Below are positions 40,301-48,216 of a stretch of 64,000 nt of DNA, one piece after another (position 1 is the stretch's first letter; the number at the start of each line of letters is the position of its first letter). The notes under the pieces were generated by a model. It was not told the origin of the DNA and ran no database searches. It worked only from the letters and a program-made list of their open reading frames with translations. Both the position numbers and the translations under genes were made by a program. Source of the DNA: a virus. The stretch spans positions 1 through 64,000 of IMG/VR virus record IMGVR_UViG_3300042900_000549; one strand, written 5' to 3'.

Positions 40301-40495
40301 ATGTCACAAACATCACAAGAACTACTTAATGCTATTGAAGAGTGGAAAGTAGAAGACGAAAAGTTTACTGCTGGCAATAATGCCGCTGGTACTCGTGCCC
40401 GTAAGGCGCTACAAGAGGTTGGTAAACTGGTTAAGACCCGTAGAGGTGAGATTACCGAGGAGAAGAGCGCTCGTAAGGCGGCAAAGGGGGGTTGA
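40301..40495 (+). CDS. Histone H1/Hc1-like small DNA-binding protein
   Basis: KFTAGNNAAGTRARKALQEVGKLVKTRR; GGAG SD. Confidence 0.7.
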   Translation: MSQTSQELLNAIEEWKVEDEKFTAGNNAAGTRARKALQEVGKLVKTRRGEITEEKSARKAAKGG

Positions 40496-40520
40496 CAAAC
40501 CAAGAGGATCCTGGTATTCT
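40492..40520 (+). promoter_or_regulatory. sigma70 promoter heading the tRNA cluster
   Basis: TTGACA-17-TATTCT with extended -10 TG. Confidence 0.7.
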
Positions 40521-40528
40521 TAGGAAGT

Positions 40529-40597
40529 GAGAGTGATGCCAAAAGCACGGCACCCCGATAAGGGATACAGTAGAAGAACGCAAAGTCTTCCACTCTC
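40529..40597 (+). ncRNA. Orphan cloverleaf RNA (not a canonical tRNA)
   Basis: GAGAGTG/CACTCTC closing stem with three internal hairpins. Confidence 0.5.
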
Positions 40598-40600
40598 TAT

Positions 40601-40673
40601 GGGTCAATAACTCAGTTGGTAGAGTAGCGGGCTTTTAACCTGTAAGTCGTGAGTTCGAGTCTCACTTGACCCA
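40601..40673 (+). tRNA. tRNA-Lys(UUU)
   Basis: GGGTCAA/TTGACCC acceptor; GCGGG-CT-TTT-AA-CCTGT; GTTCGAGT T loop. Confidence 0.93.
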
Positions 40674-40711
40674 CTTGACAATTGGATCCAGAGATGGTAT
40701 GATTGTCTTAT

Positions 40712-40784
40712 GGGCACGTAGCATAATGGATAATGCATCATCCTTCTAAGATGTCGATTGCTGGTTCGACCCCAGCCGTGCCTG
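40712..40784 (+). tRNA. tRNA-Arg(UCU)
   Basis: GGGCACG/CGTGCCT; CATC-CT-TCT-AA-GATG; GGTTCGAC. Confidence 0.9.
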
Positions 40785-40785
40785 T

Positions 40786-40983
40786 TGAAGTAGTCGTTAT
40801 GCACATAGCATAGAAAGACGCTTCATATATAAAAGGATAGAGGTTAAGTCCCTGTTATATCCTTATGAGATATATCACACCTAATCCATCAAATCAAGAA
40901 AGTGCTGGGCAAACTTTGGAGGTTTTCTCCACTACCATTTGTGGGCTTCTGAGAACAGGAGAAATAAGGTTTGGTACTTTCTT
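40786..40983 (+). ncRNA. Three adjacent structured elements between tRNA-Arg and tRNA-Gly
   Basis: Hairpins at 40786-40825 and 40835-40887; four-way junction 40896-40983 closed by AAGAAAGTGCTGGGC/GTTTGGTACTTTCTT. Confidence 0.45.
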
Positions 40984-41029
40984 CAAAACACTTGACAATC
41001 TAAGATTTATGTCTTATGATTGTCTTATT

Positions 41030-41100
41030 GCGGGTATGGTGTAGTGGCAACACAAGAGTTTTCCAAACTTTTATCCTCGGTTCAAATCCGTGTACCCGCT
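41030..41100 (+). tRNA. tRNA-Gly(UCC)
   Basis: GCGGGTA/TACCCGC; AGAGT-TT-TCC-AA-ACTTT; GGTTCAAATCC. Confidence 0.9.
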
Positions 41101-41119
41101 TGAACCATAAGGTTCCTAT

Positions 41120-41191
41120 TCCACAATAGTTCAGTGGTAGAACTCAAAACTGTTAATTTTGCTGTCCCTGGTTCGAATCCAGGTTGTGGAG
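41120..41191 (+). tRNA. tRNA-Asn(GUU)
   Basis: TCCACAA/TTGTGGA; CAAAA-CT-GTT-AA-TTTTG; GGTTCGAATCC. Confidence 0.92.
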
Positions 41192-41223
41192 TTTATAAAT
41201 ACCCAAAGAAATATGAAAATATT

Positions 41224-41484
41224 ATGGAAAACTTACGAATTAGATGTAAATCTTGTAATAGAGAACTGGAGGGTCACCCATCAAAAACAGTTTCTTGTGG
41301 ATGTTCTAATATGGCAACTATAGTAAACAATAATAAAATTACTGCACTTAATTTGTCTAATGTGGTGATGTTAAACTCTCCACATACAAAACAAACCAAT
41401 AATGTCCTTACTAATGATGATATTATGTGGCAGGAAGCTCGAAGACAACGTAAAGTTCGCCGTTTAGACTTTGAGATTCGTTGA
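41224..41484 (+). CDS. Small Cys-rich (Zn-binding) hypothetical protein
   Basis: CKSC...CGC; late promoter at 41194; the ORF-track start at 41134 lies inside tRNA-Asn. Confidence 0.7.
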   Translation: MENLRIRCKSCNRELEGHPSKTVSCGCSNMATIVNNNKITALNLSNVVMLNSPHTKQTNNVLTNDDIMWQEARRQRKVRRLDFEIR

Positions 41485-41495
41485 TGATTTTTATT

Positions 41496-41580
41496 GGAAA
41501 GGTGACCGAGCGGTTTATGGTGTTTGTCTTGAAAACAAAAGATGTGGAAGCATCCGGAGGTTCGAATCCTCTCCTTTCCG
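41496..41580 (+). tRNA. tRNA-Ser(UGA)
   Basis: GGAAAGG/CCTTTCC; TTTGT-CT-TGA-AA-ACAAA; long variable arm GATG-TGGAAG-CATC. Confidence 0.92.
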
Positions 41581-41685
41581 TTACATAAGATACTAAAACT
41601 CATTTAATATTATAATGTCAACACATAATACTCATAGTTAGTATAATAATTATACTAAATTATTAGTATAAACGCACAAAACTCA

Positions 41686-41847
41686 ATGGACGATCACACT
41701 TACCAAAATTGGGTTAAGATCAAAGAAACTTTTGAATCATCCGGTAATACTAATAATATGTTTTACACAAGAGCGTGTGAAATAGTTAAAACTAAAAGAG
41801 ATCCTATGGATAAATTTTGGAATAAAAATAAACACTTGACAAATTAA
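41686..41847 (+). CDS. Small hypothetical protein
   Basis: Manually read MDDHTYQNWVKIKETFESSGNTNNMFYTRACEIVK... Confidence 0.6.
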   Translation: MDDHTYQNWVKIKETFESSGNTNNMFYTRACEIVKTKRDPMDKFWNKNKHLTN

Positions 41848-41877
41848 AGTTTTACTGCTATTATACATAAAGAAATA

Positions 41878-41951
41878 CGGGCATTAGCGCAGTTTGGTAG
41901 CGCGTTCCGTTTGGGGCGGAAAAGTCAGAGGTTCAAATCCTCTATGCCCGA
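41878..41951 (+). tRNA. tRNA-Pro(UGG)
   Basis: CGGGCAT/ATGCCCG; TTCCG-TT-TGG-GG-CGGAA. Confidence 0.93.
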
Positions 41952-42031
41952 TTGCCAGAAATTAAACTGGCACACTCAAATTTAAAACTCTTATAAATTC
42001 TATTATAATGTCTACAACAATTGCTCGAGGA

Positions 42032-42202
42032 ATGGAAAGTTTCACCGTAGAAGATTTTCAAAAACACTTTGATGAATTAATGGAACGAGTTGAGAATGGA
42101 GAGTCTTTTCTCATTACAAGCGAATATGGAAATGCAGTAATGATACCATATTGTGAATTTGACGAAGGTAGTTCTTTTTGTAATCACGACGATGGTTGCT
42201 GA
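42032..42202 (+). CDS. Phd/YefM antitoxin-like small protein
   Basis: MESFTVEDFQKHFDELMERVENGESFLITSEYGNAVMIPY matches the Phd N-terminal pattern; GAGGA SD. Confidence 0.6.
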   Translation: MESFTVEDFQKHFDELMERVENGESFLITSEYGNAVMIPYCEFDEGSSFCNHDDGC

Positions 42203-42211
42203 TCCTTTTGT

Positions 42212-42285
42212 GGGAATGTAGCTCAATTGGTTAGAGCACAGACCTTATAAGTCTGAGGTTCTGGGTTCAATCCCCAGCGTTCCTA
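42212..42285 (+). tRNA. tRNA-Ile(UAU)
   Basis: GGGAATG/CGTTCCT, discriminator A; CAGAC-CT-TAT-AA-GTCTG. Confidence 0.88.
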
Positions 42286-42361
42286 TTGGACACTTTTTTC
42301 AGTGTTCTACTTGACTATAAAACAACAATCTAGTATAATTACAGAGTCAACTTAAAAAACA

Positions 42362-42574
42362 ATGTCTCTTACTTTAAAATTCAAAAAAGATCTTCAAACA
42401 CTTCGTGCTGCAGCAAAGGGTGATTTTTATCTTGATGTAAAGAATCCGAAACTTTACAAAAAAGTCCGTAAGTTCTATCAAAATGAAGGAGTTATTTTTT
42501 CTGATGATCCTCTTGACAATTATGATATTCTAATTGATTATCTTGTTCAAGATCTTGAGACCGTTGAAGCATAG
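42362..42574 (+). CDS. Conserved cyanophage hypothetical protein
   Basis: LDVKNPKLYKKVRKFY; TTGACT-17-TATAAT promoter at 42311-42339. Confidence 0.7.
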   Translation: MSLTLKFKKDLQTLRAAAKGDFYLDVKNPKLYKKVRKFYQNEGVIFSDDPLDNYDILIDYLVQDLETVEA

Positions 42575-42582
42575 TAATTCTA

Positions 42583-42775
42583 AAGACACGGACGGTCTAT
42601 AACAGCACTGGTCGGGAGCAACCCCCTTTAGTCACGGAGAGACTCTAAAAGTACTGGTGGATCCAAAATGACCCCTCAATAGGTTTCCAATTTCCTTCAA
42701 AAATTGGTGGTGCGGATGGGATCTTACTCCCGCCTGGTTTCCAATTTCCAGTTAAAGAATTGGTGGCGAGCCTGG
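42583..42775 (+). ncRNA. manA/wcaG-like cyanophage structured RNA (tandem pseudoknot modules)
   Basis: Two ACGGA-loop hairpins and two GG-TTT-CCAATTT-CC..AATTGG pseudoknots, each followed by TGGYG-like motifs; upstream of an NAD-dependent epimerase. Confidence 0.7.
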
Positions 42776-42785
42776 TAAAAACCTA

Positions 42786-42822
42786 AAGGAGAGTTGCATA
42801 AACTCTCCTTTTTTAGTATAAT
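42786..42822 (+). terminator. Intrinsic terminator overlapping a promoter
   Basis: AAGGAGAGTT-GCATA-AACTCTCCTT plus T run; TTGCAT (42794) 17 nt TATAAT (42817). Confidence 0.75.
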
Positions 42823-42848
42823 ATATAAGAGGAGATTTAAAGCATTTT

Positions 42849-43889
42849 ATGAGTGAATATACAAAAACAGCACTAGTTCTGGGTGCTGGTGGTTTCATTG
42901 GAAGTCACATGGTTAAAAGACTACGATCAGAAGGATATTGGGTTCGTGGAGTGGATCTTAAATACCCAGAGTTCTCTAATCATCAATGCAACGAGTTTAT
43001 TATTGGAGATCTTAGAGATCCTCTCTTTGTGGAAAGAGTCATTCTGTTCAAAGGAGAATTGGGAAACTTTTATAATCATGTTCCATCTCGTTATCTGCAG
43101 GGATTTGATGAAATCTATCAGTTTGCTGCTGATATGGGTGGAGCAGGATTTGTTTTTACTGGAGAGAATGATGCAGATATTATGCATAATTCAGTAACGA
43201 TTAATCTGAATGTTTTGGAATCAGTTCGTAAGTTTAATGACTTTAAGGATACAAATAGGACTAAAATTTTCTACTCTGGTTCTGCTTGTATGTACCCAGA
43301 GTATAACCAATTAGATCCTGATAATCCCGACTGTCGTGAAGAATCCGCATACCCCGCAGCACCAGATTCAGAATATGGATGGGAAAAACTCTTTTCTGAA
43401 CGATTGTTTTTCGCATATCATCGTAACTACGGGATTGATGTTAGGGTTGCTCGCTATCATAATATCTTTGGACCTGAAGGAACCTGGGAAGGTGGGAGAG
43501 AAAAATCCCCCGCAGCAATCTGTAGAAAGGTTGCATACCTCCCAGAAACAGGTGGTGCGATAGAAGTATGGGGTGATGGTCTTCAGACTCGTTCATTCCT
43601 TTATATTGATGAGTGTATTGAAGCAACTCGTCGTATGATGGAATCCGAATTTATTGGACCAGTAAATATTGGTTCTGAAGAAATGGTCACCATCAATCAA
43701 CTTGTGGAGACTGCTGCAAAGGTCTCTGGTAAAGTAGTTCAGAAAGTATATAAATTAGATGCACCTCTTGGTGTTCGTGGTCGCAACTCAAATAATGATC
43801 TTATCCGTAAAGAACTTGGATGGGATTATTCACAGACACTTGAAGAAGGTATTCATAAGACTTATGAGTGGATTTTAGATCAAATTTGA
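42849..43889 (+). CDS. NAD-dependent nucleotide-sugar epimerase (GDP-mannose 3,5-epimerase-like)
   Basis: GAGGFIG, FAADMGGAGF, SACMYP, YGWEK, WGDGLQTRSF, GVRGRNS. Confidence 0.92.
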   Translation: MSEYTKTALVLGAGGFIGSHMVKRLRSEGYWVRGVDLKYPEFSNHQCNEFIIGDLRDPLFVERVILFKGELGNFYNHVPSRYLQGFDEIYQFAADMGGAGFVFTGENDADIMHNSVTINLNVLESVRKFNDFKDTNRTKIFYSGSACMYPEYNQLDPDNPDCREESAYPAAPDSEYGWEKLFSERLFFAYHRNYGIDVRVARYHNIFGPEGTWEGGREKSPAAICRKVAYLPETGGAIEVWGDGLQTRSFLYIDECIEATRRMMESEFIGPVNIGSEEMVTINQLVETAAKVSGKVVQKVYKLDAPLGVRGRNSNNDLIRKELGWDYSQTLEEGIHKTYEWILDQI

Positions 43890-43940
43890 TACCTCTGCTA
43901 CTGACAATTTTAATATCAAATTAATTTTTGTAAAAGTAAA

Positions 43941-44744
43941 ATGATTGGATTTAATCACTTAGGTAAGGTAGGACAACTAGGAAACCAGATGTTCCAGTAT
44001 GCTGCCACCAAATCTATCGCTAGAAAGATTGGAACAGACTTTATGATTCCTGATCATAGAGAAGTTGTTGTTGATGTTCTTGGTAATAAACTTTATGTAG
44101 AACTTTTTAAGGTATTTACCTTGGATCCAGTTAATCGAGGATACTTAAATATTAAACAGGAAGATTATCTACACGAATCCACTTTTGAATTTGATGAAAA
44201 GTTCTTTGAATTGGATCCTAATAAGGATATCTCTCTATTTGGATACTTTCAAACTGAAAAGTATTTCAAGCATATTGAGAGTGAAATTCGTGAAGACTTT
44301 ACCTTTCAAGATCAATATGTAAATGAATGTGCCGACATTTTGGATCAGTTTGACACCCCAATTGCTTTACACATTCGTAGAGGAGACTTTCTAATTAATT
44401 CATTAAATCATGCTAATCTACCAATTGAATATTATGAGACAGCACTTCAACAGTTTGATCATAATCGTCAAGTTGTAATCTTTTCTGATGACCCATTTTG
44501 GTGTAAAAATCAATCACTTTTTACTGATGATAGATTCTTGGTCTCTGACGGGAATAGTTCATATCATGATCTTTACTTGATGTCTAAGTGCTCTGATTTT
44601 ATTATTTCTAACAGCACTTTTAGTTGGTGGGGATCTTGGTTAGCAAATACTGGAAAGGTTGTTGCTCCATCTCTCTGGTTTGGACCCAATAATTCCAGTA
44701 AGAATGTAAAAGATCTTTATTGTGATGGGTGGACAATCCAATGA
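43941..44744 (+). CDS. Alpha-1,2-fucosyltransferase (GT11)
   Basis: GQLGNQMFQYA, GYFQTEKYF, HIRRGDF, FSDD, NSTFSWW. Confidence 0.9.
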   Translation: MIGFNHLGKVGQLGNQMFQYAATKSIARKIGTDFMIPDHREVVVDVLGNKLYVELFKVFTLDPVNRGYLNIKQEDYLHESTFEFDEKFFELDPNKDISLFGYFQTEKYFKHIESEIREDFTFQDQYVNECADILDQFDTPIALHIRRGDFLINSLNHANLPIEYYETALQQFDHNRQVVIFSDDPFWCKNQSLFTDDRFLVSDGNSSYHDLYLMSKCSDFIISNSTFSWWGSWLANTGKVVAPSLWFGPNNSSKNVKDLYCDGWTIQ

Positions 44745-45451
44745 AAATGTCTATTGCCATTCCTACATATGAATCTAAAAGTAGAGGTGGTGAATTTTTA
44801 AATGATTTACTTCGAACAATTGAAATACAGACATTTAAAGATTTTGAAGTAGTTATTTCTGATCATAGTATCAATAATAAATTATTAAAAGTTGTTGATC
44901 AATATGTACAAAAATTTAAAATTGTTTATGTTAAGAATGAAGAACTTAGAGGAAATGGTCCTGCAAATACAAATAATTCTATTGAAAATTGTTCAGGTAA
45001 AATTATTAAGGTAATGTTTCAGGATGACTTTTTTTATGATGATGAGGCATTAGAAAAGATTTACAATGCCTTTGAATCTGATACAAAGTGGTTGTTATGT
45101 GCTTGTAACCACACAAGAAATGATGGTAATTCTTTTTATGGTGACTTGTATCCTGCTTGGAATAATGATATACTTAATGGAGTGAATACAATTAGTTCTC
45201 CGTCTGTCTTGGCAACAAGGCGTGAAGTTTTTGAAAAGGTTAAATTTGATCCAAATTTAGTGATGATGATGGATTGCGAATTCTATTATCATGTTAAAGA
45301 AATTTATGGAGACCCAGTTTATTATCATGATGTGTTAGTGTCTAATAGAGTTCATAATGATCAAATATCTTCTATGTATTTAAAAGAAGATTATCAAAAA
45401 AAATTTAATAGTGAACTTTTATATTGTAAAAAAAAGCATGGAGTTAAGTAA
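44741..45451 (+). CDS. Glycosyltransferase family 2
   Basis: SIAIPTY, EVVISDHS, MFQDD, ISSPS. Confidence 0.85.
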   Translation: MKMSIAIPTYESKSRGGEFLNDLLRTIEIQTFKDFEVVISDHSINNKLLKVVDQYVQKFKIVYVKNEELRGNGPANTNNSIENCSGKIIKVMFQDDFFYDDEALEKIYNAFESDTKWLLCACNHTRNDGNSFYGDLYPAWNNDILNGVNTISSPSVLATRREVFEKVKFDPNLVMMMDCEFYYHVKEIYGDPVYYHDVLVSNRVHNDQISSMYLKEDYQKKFNSELLYCKKKHGVK

Positions 45452-45452
45452 A

Positions 45453-45503
45453 ATGCCTAAAGTTTTGATTGTTGAATTTGGATTTGTTGGATCTGTAAAA
45501 TAA
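45453..45503 (+). pseudogene. Remnant of a Rossmann-fold (nucleotide-sugar dehydrogenase-like) gene start
   Basis: MPKVLIVEFGFVGSVK* resembles KVxIVGxGFVG with the first Gly replaced, then a stop. Confidence 0.4.
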
Positions 45504-45509
45504 TAAACC

Positions 45510-46211
45510 ATGAAAATTGCTGTTATAACTGCTTCAATAGGAACAAATAAACTATTACCTCAACAAAAGTATGATGGTGTTGATTATCATGCTTTTGTTG
45601 ATAATAGTGAAAATAATAACGATTGGGTTGAACATCCAGATCTTCAATATTGGAATCAACATTCTGCTATTCAATTTTCTTCAGACCCAGTTTATGCAAA
45701 TCGAAGAAATGCAAAGATTTATAAGATAATTCCTTTTGCATTTCTTCCAGATTATGATTATTATTTTTGGATTGATTCGACTCATATTTTAGAACAAAAT
45801 CCAAATAATCTTGTAGAAACTTATCTTAAAGATGCTGACGTTGCAGTTTTTAAACATCAACAACGGGAATGTATTTACAAAGAGGGTGAGTTTATCAAAC
45901 AAATTAAATTTGATTATTCAAATTTAATTGATGATCAACTTGCTTTTTATAAGAATATGTGCTATCCTGAAGGTAATGGATTGTATGAACTTCCGGTAAG
46001 ATTTCAACGCAATAATGAATTAACACAAAAAATGGGATTGATGTGGTGGGAGCAAATTTGTATGTTTTCATCTAGAGATCAATTAAGTTTCCCTTTTGTA
46101 TGCCATCAACTTAATATTAATTTATCAATATTACCTGGTGCTGCTAATACAATCCGAGGTAATTCTATCGCACCTCAAGTAATTATGTCCAATCATAGTA
46201 GAATATTCTAA
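45510..46211 (+). CDS. DUF616 (TOD1/MUCI70-like) glycosyltransferase
   Basis: AKIYKIIP..FLPDYDYYFWID, FKH..RECIYKE, SSRDQLSFP. Confidence 0.75.
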   Translation: MKIAVITASIGTNKLLPQQKYDGVDYHAFVDNSENNNDWVEHPDLQYWNQHSAIQFSSDPVYANRRNAKIYKIIPFAFLPDYDYYFWIDSTHILEQNPNNLVETYLKDADVAVFKHQQRECIYKEGEFIKQIKFDYSNLIDDQLAFYKNMCYPEGNGLYELPVRFQRNNELTQKMGLMWWEQICMFSSRDQLSFPFVCHQLNINLSILPGAANTIRGNSIAPQVIMSNHSRIF

Positions 46212-47533
46212 TGTGTAGTTTTCTTTTTACTGATAAAGATATAAATGATTTAGATCACGTTAATCATTTTATGAAGTTTCGTGGACCAGATTTGACTAAA
46301 ACTATTGAGATTAATGAATATACATTTATTCATAATATTTTGTCAATTACCGGAACGTTCTCTGAACAACCTTTTGTGAATCATGATGATCAAATTGTTT
46401 GTATTTATAATGGCGAAATCTATAACTATCTAGAATTTGGTGAATACAATTCTGATGGTGAATGTCTCATTCCATTATATAAAAAATATGGGGATAAGTT
46501 TGTAAAAGAACTTGATGGTGAGTTTGCTATCGTCCTTGTTGACTTTAAGAATAATAAAATCATTATATCTACTGATGTATTTTCCACAAAACCATTATGG
46601 TTTTCGATTGGAGATCAACTTGCTGTAGCAACGTATGAGTCTGCAGTAAAAGCATTAGGATTTAGAAAGGCAACTAAACTTGATGCAAATACCACACAAG
46701 TTTTTGATTTGGAAACCAGAAAATTACTTCAAGAATTTTGTGTTTATGAATTTGATTTAATACAACATAAAACCGACTTTTCTGATTGGATTATTTCATT
46801 TGAAAATTCTATTCGAAAGCGTACATCCAATCTTAGAGAAAATATCTTTATTGGACTTTCGAGTGGATATGATAGTGGTGGAATTGCTTGTGAATTGAAT
46901 AAACAAAATGTTCCGTATAAAGCATATACTGTAGTTGGAAGTGAAAATAAGGAAATCTTGGATAAGAGATTTTCTATGTTTAATGAAAATTGTTCTGGGC
47001 AATATCTTGAAGATAATCGTTGGCAATATAGAGATTACATTAATCGGAATGTGGAAGAATTTAAATATAGAATTTATTCTTCAAGTAACGACTATAATGA
47101 GTTTGATAGGAGACTTCAGGATGATAACGGATCTTGTGGTCTATCTATGATTTGTGATAATGCTAAAAGGGAAGGAAAAAAAGTATATCTTTCTGGATCT
47201 GGGTCCGATGAAATTTTTTCTGACTATGGATTTAATGGTGAGAAAAAGTTTCTCCACAGTAATTTTGGTGGATTATTTCCAGAAGATCTAACTACAATCT
47301 TTCCATGGGCATCTTTTTATGGAAGTACAATGGTTTCATACTTGGCAAAGGAAGAATATGTTGCTGGATCTTATGGTATAGAAACTAGGTATCCATATCT
47401 GGATACATATGTCGTACAAGAATTTTTATGGTTAAATTGCAATCTTAAAAATTTAAAATACAAATCAGTTTTGGATGAATATTTAACTAAATCAAACTAT
47501 CCATTTGAAAAAAATATTAAAAGAGGATTTTGA
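46211..47533 (+). CDS. Asparagine synthetase B-like glutamine amidotransferase
   Basis: N-terminal Cys2, RGPD, YNGEIYN, LSSGYDS, SGSGSDEIF, ETRYPYLD. Confidence 0.88.
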   Translation: MCSFLFTDKDINDLDHVNHFMKFRGPDLTKTIEINEYTFIHNILSITGTFSEQPFVNHDDQIVCIYNGEIYNYLEFGEYNSDGECLIPLYKKYGDKFVKELDGEFAIVLVDFKNNKIIISTDVFSTKPLWFSIGDQLAVATYESAVKALGFRKATKLDANTTQVFDLETRKLLQEFCVYEFDLIQHKTDFSDWIISFENSIRKRTSNLRENIFIGLSSGYDSGGIACELNKQNVPYKAYTVVGSENKEILDKRFSMFNENCSGQYLEDNRWQYRDYINRNVEEFKYRIYSSSNDYNEFDRRLQDDNGSCGLSMICDNAKREGKKVYLSGSGSDEIFSDYGFNGEKKFLHSNFGGLFPEDLTTIFPWASFYGSTMVSYLAKEEYVAGSYGIETRYPYLDTYVVQEFLWLNCNLKNLKYKSVLDEYLTKSNYPFEKNIKRGF

Positions 47534-47535
47534 TA

Positions 47536-48159
47536 ATGGACAATGAATTAAAAAATACATTTACTCAAATATACAAGACTAAAATTTGGGGAGAAGGATC
47601 TGGGCAAGGATCAACAGATGAACTTATTGTTAATACTTATATTAATGATATTTCTGCTTTTTTAAAATCTTTTAATAACAAACCAAAAATCATAGATCTT
47701 GGATGTGGAGATTTTAATGTTGGATCTAAAATTATTGAATATTCTTCTGAATATATTGCTTGTGATATAGTGGAGTTTATTATAAAAGAAAATAAAAAAA
47801 AATATTTTGATGCAAATGTAGAATTTCAAGTATTGGATATATCTAAGGACGATCTTCCCTTAGGTGATATTGCAATTATTCGGCAAGTTCTTCAACATTT
47901 ATCCAATAGAAAAATAAATAATATACTAAAAAATATATACGATACTTACCAGTACGTTATAATTACGGAGCATATTCCAAAAGATAAATTTATACCCAAT
48001 ATTGATATGTCTTCTGGGAATAAAACTAGAATTGAATTGAATAGTGGGGTTGTTGTAACTGAAAGTCCATTTTCATTAAAAATAAAGGATCAGAAACTTA
48101 TAAGTTCAATTACACTTGGGGATACGGTATTAAAAACATTAGTGTATCAATTACACTAA
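47536..48159 (+). CDS. Class I SAM-dependent methyltransferase
   Basis: SGQGS, IDLGCGDF, RQVLQHL. Confidence 0.85.
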   Translation: MDNELKNTFTQIYKTKIWGEGSGQGSTDELIVNTYINDISAFLKSFNNKPKIIDLGCGDFNVGSKIIEYSSEYIACDIVEFIIKENKKKYFDANVEFQVLDISKDDLPLGDIAIIRQVLQHLSNRKINNILKNIYDTYQYVIITEHIPKDKFIPNIDMSSGNKTRIELNSGVVVTESPFSLKIKDQKLISSITLGDTVLKTLVYQLH

Positions 48160-48216
48160 TGTTGACATTAAATAAATAATGTTTTAAAATAAAATTAAAA
48201 TTGGAGATTTAAACAA

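Noticed and set aside
40604-40804. Minus-strand ORF over tRNA-Lys/Arg (also 41274-41603 over tRNA-Ser)
   Set aside because: Overlaps well-formed tRNAs; spurious.
42583-42775. Mini CRISPR array
   Set aside because: Only two pairs of short imperfect repeats, no regular repeat-spacer period and no cas genes; better explained as a structured RNA.
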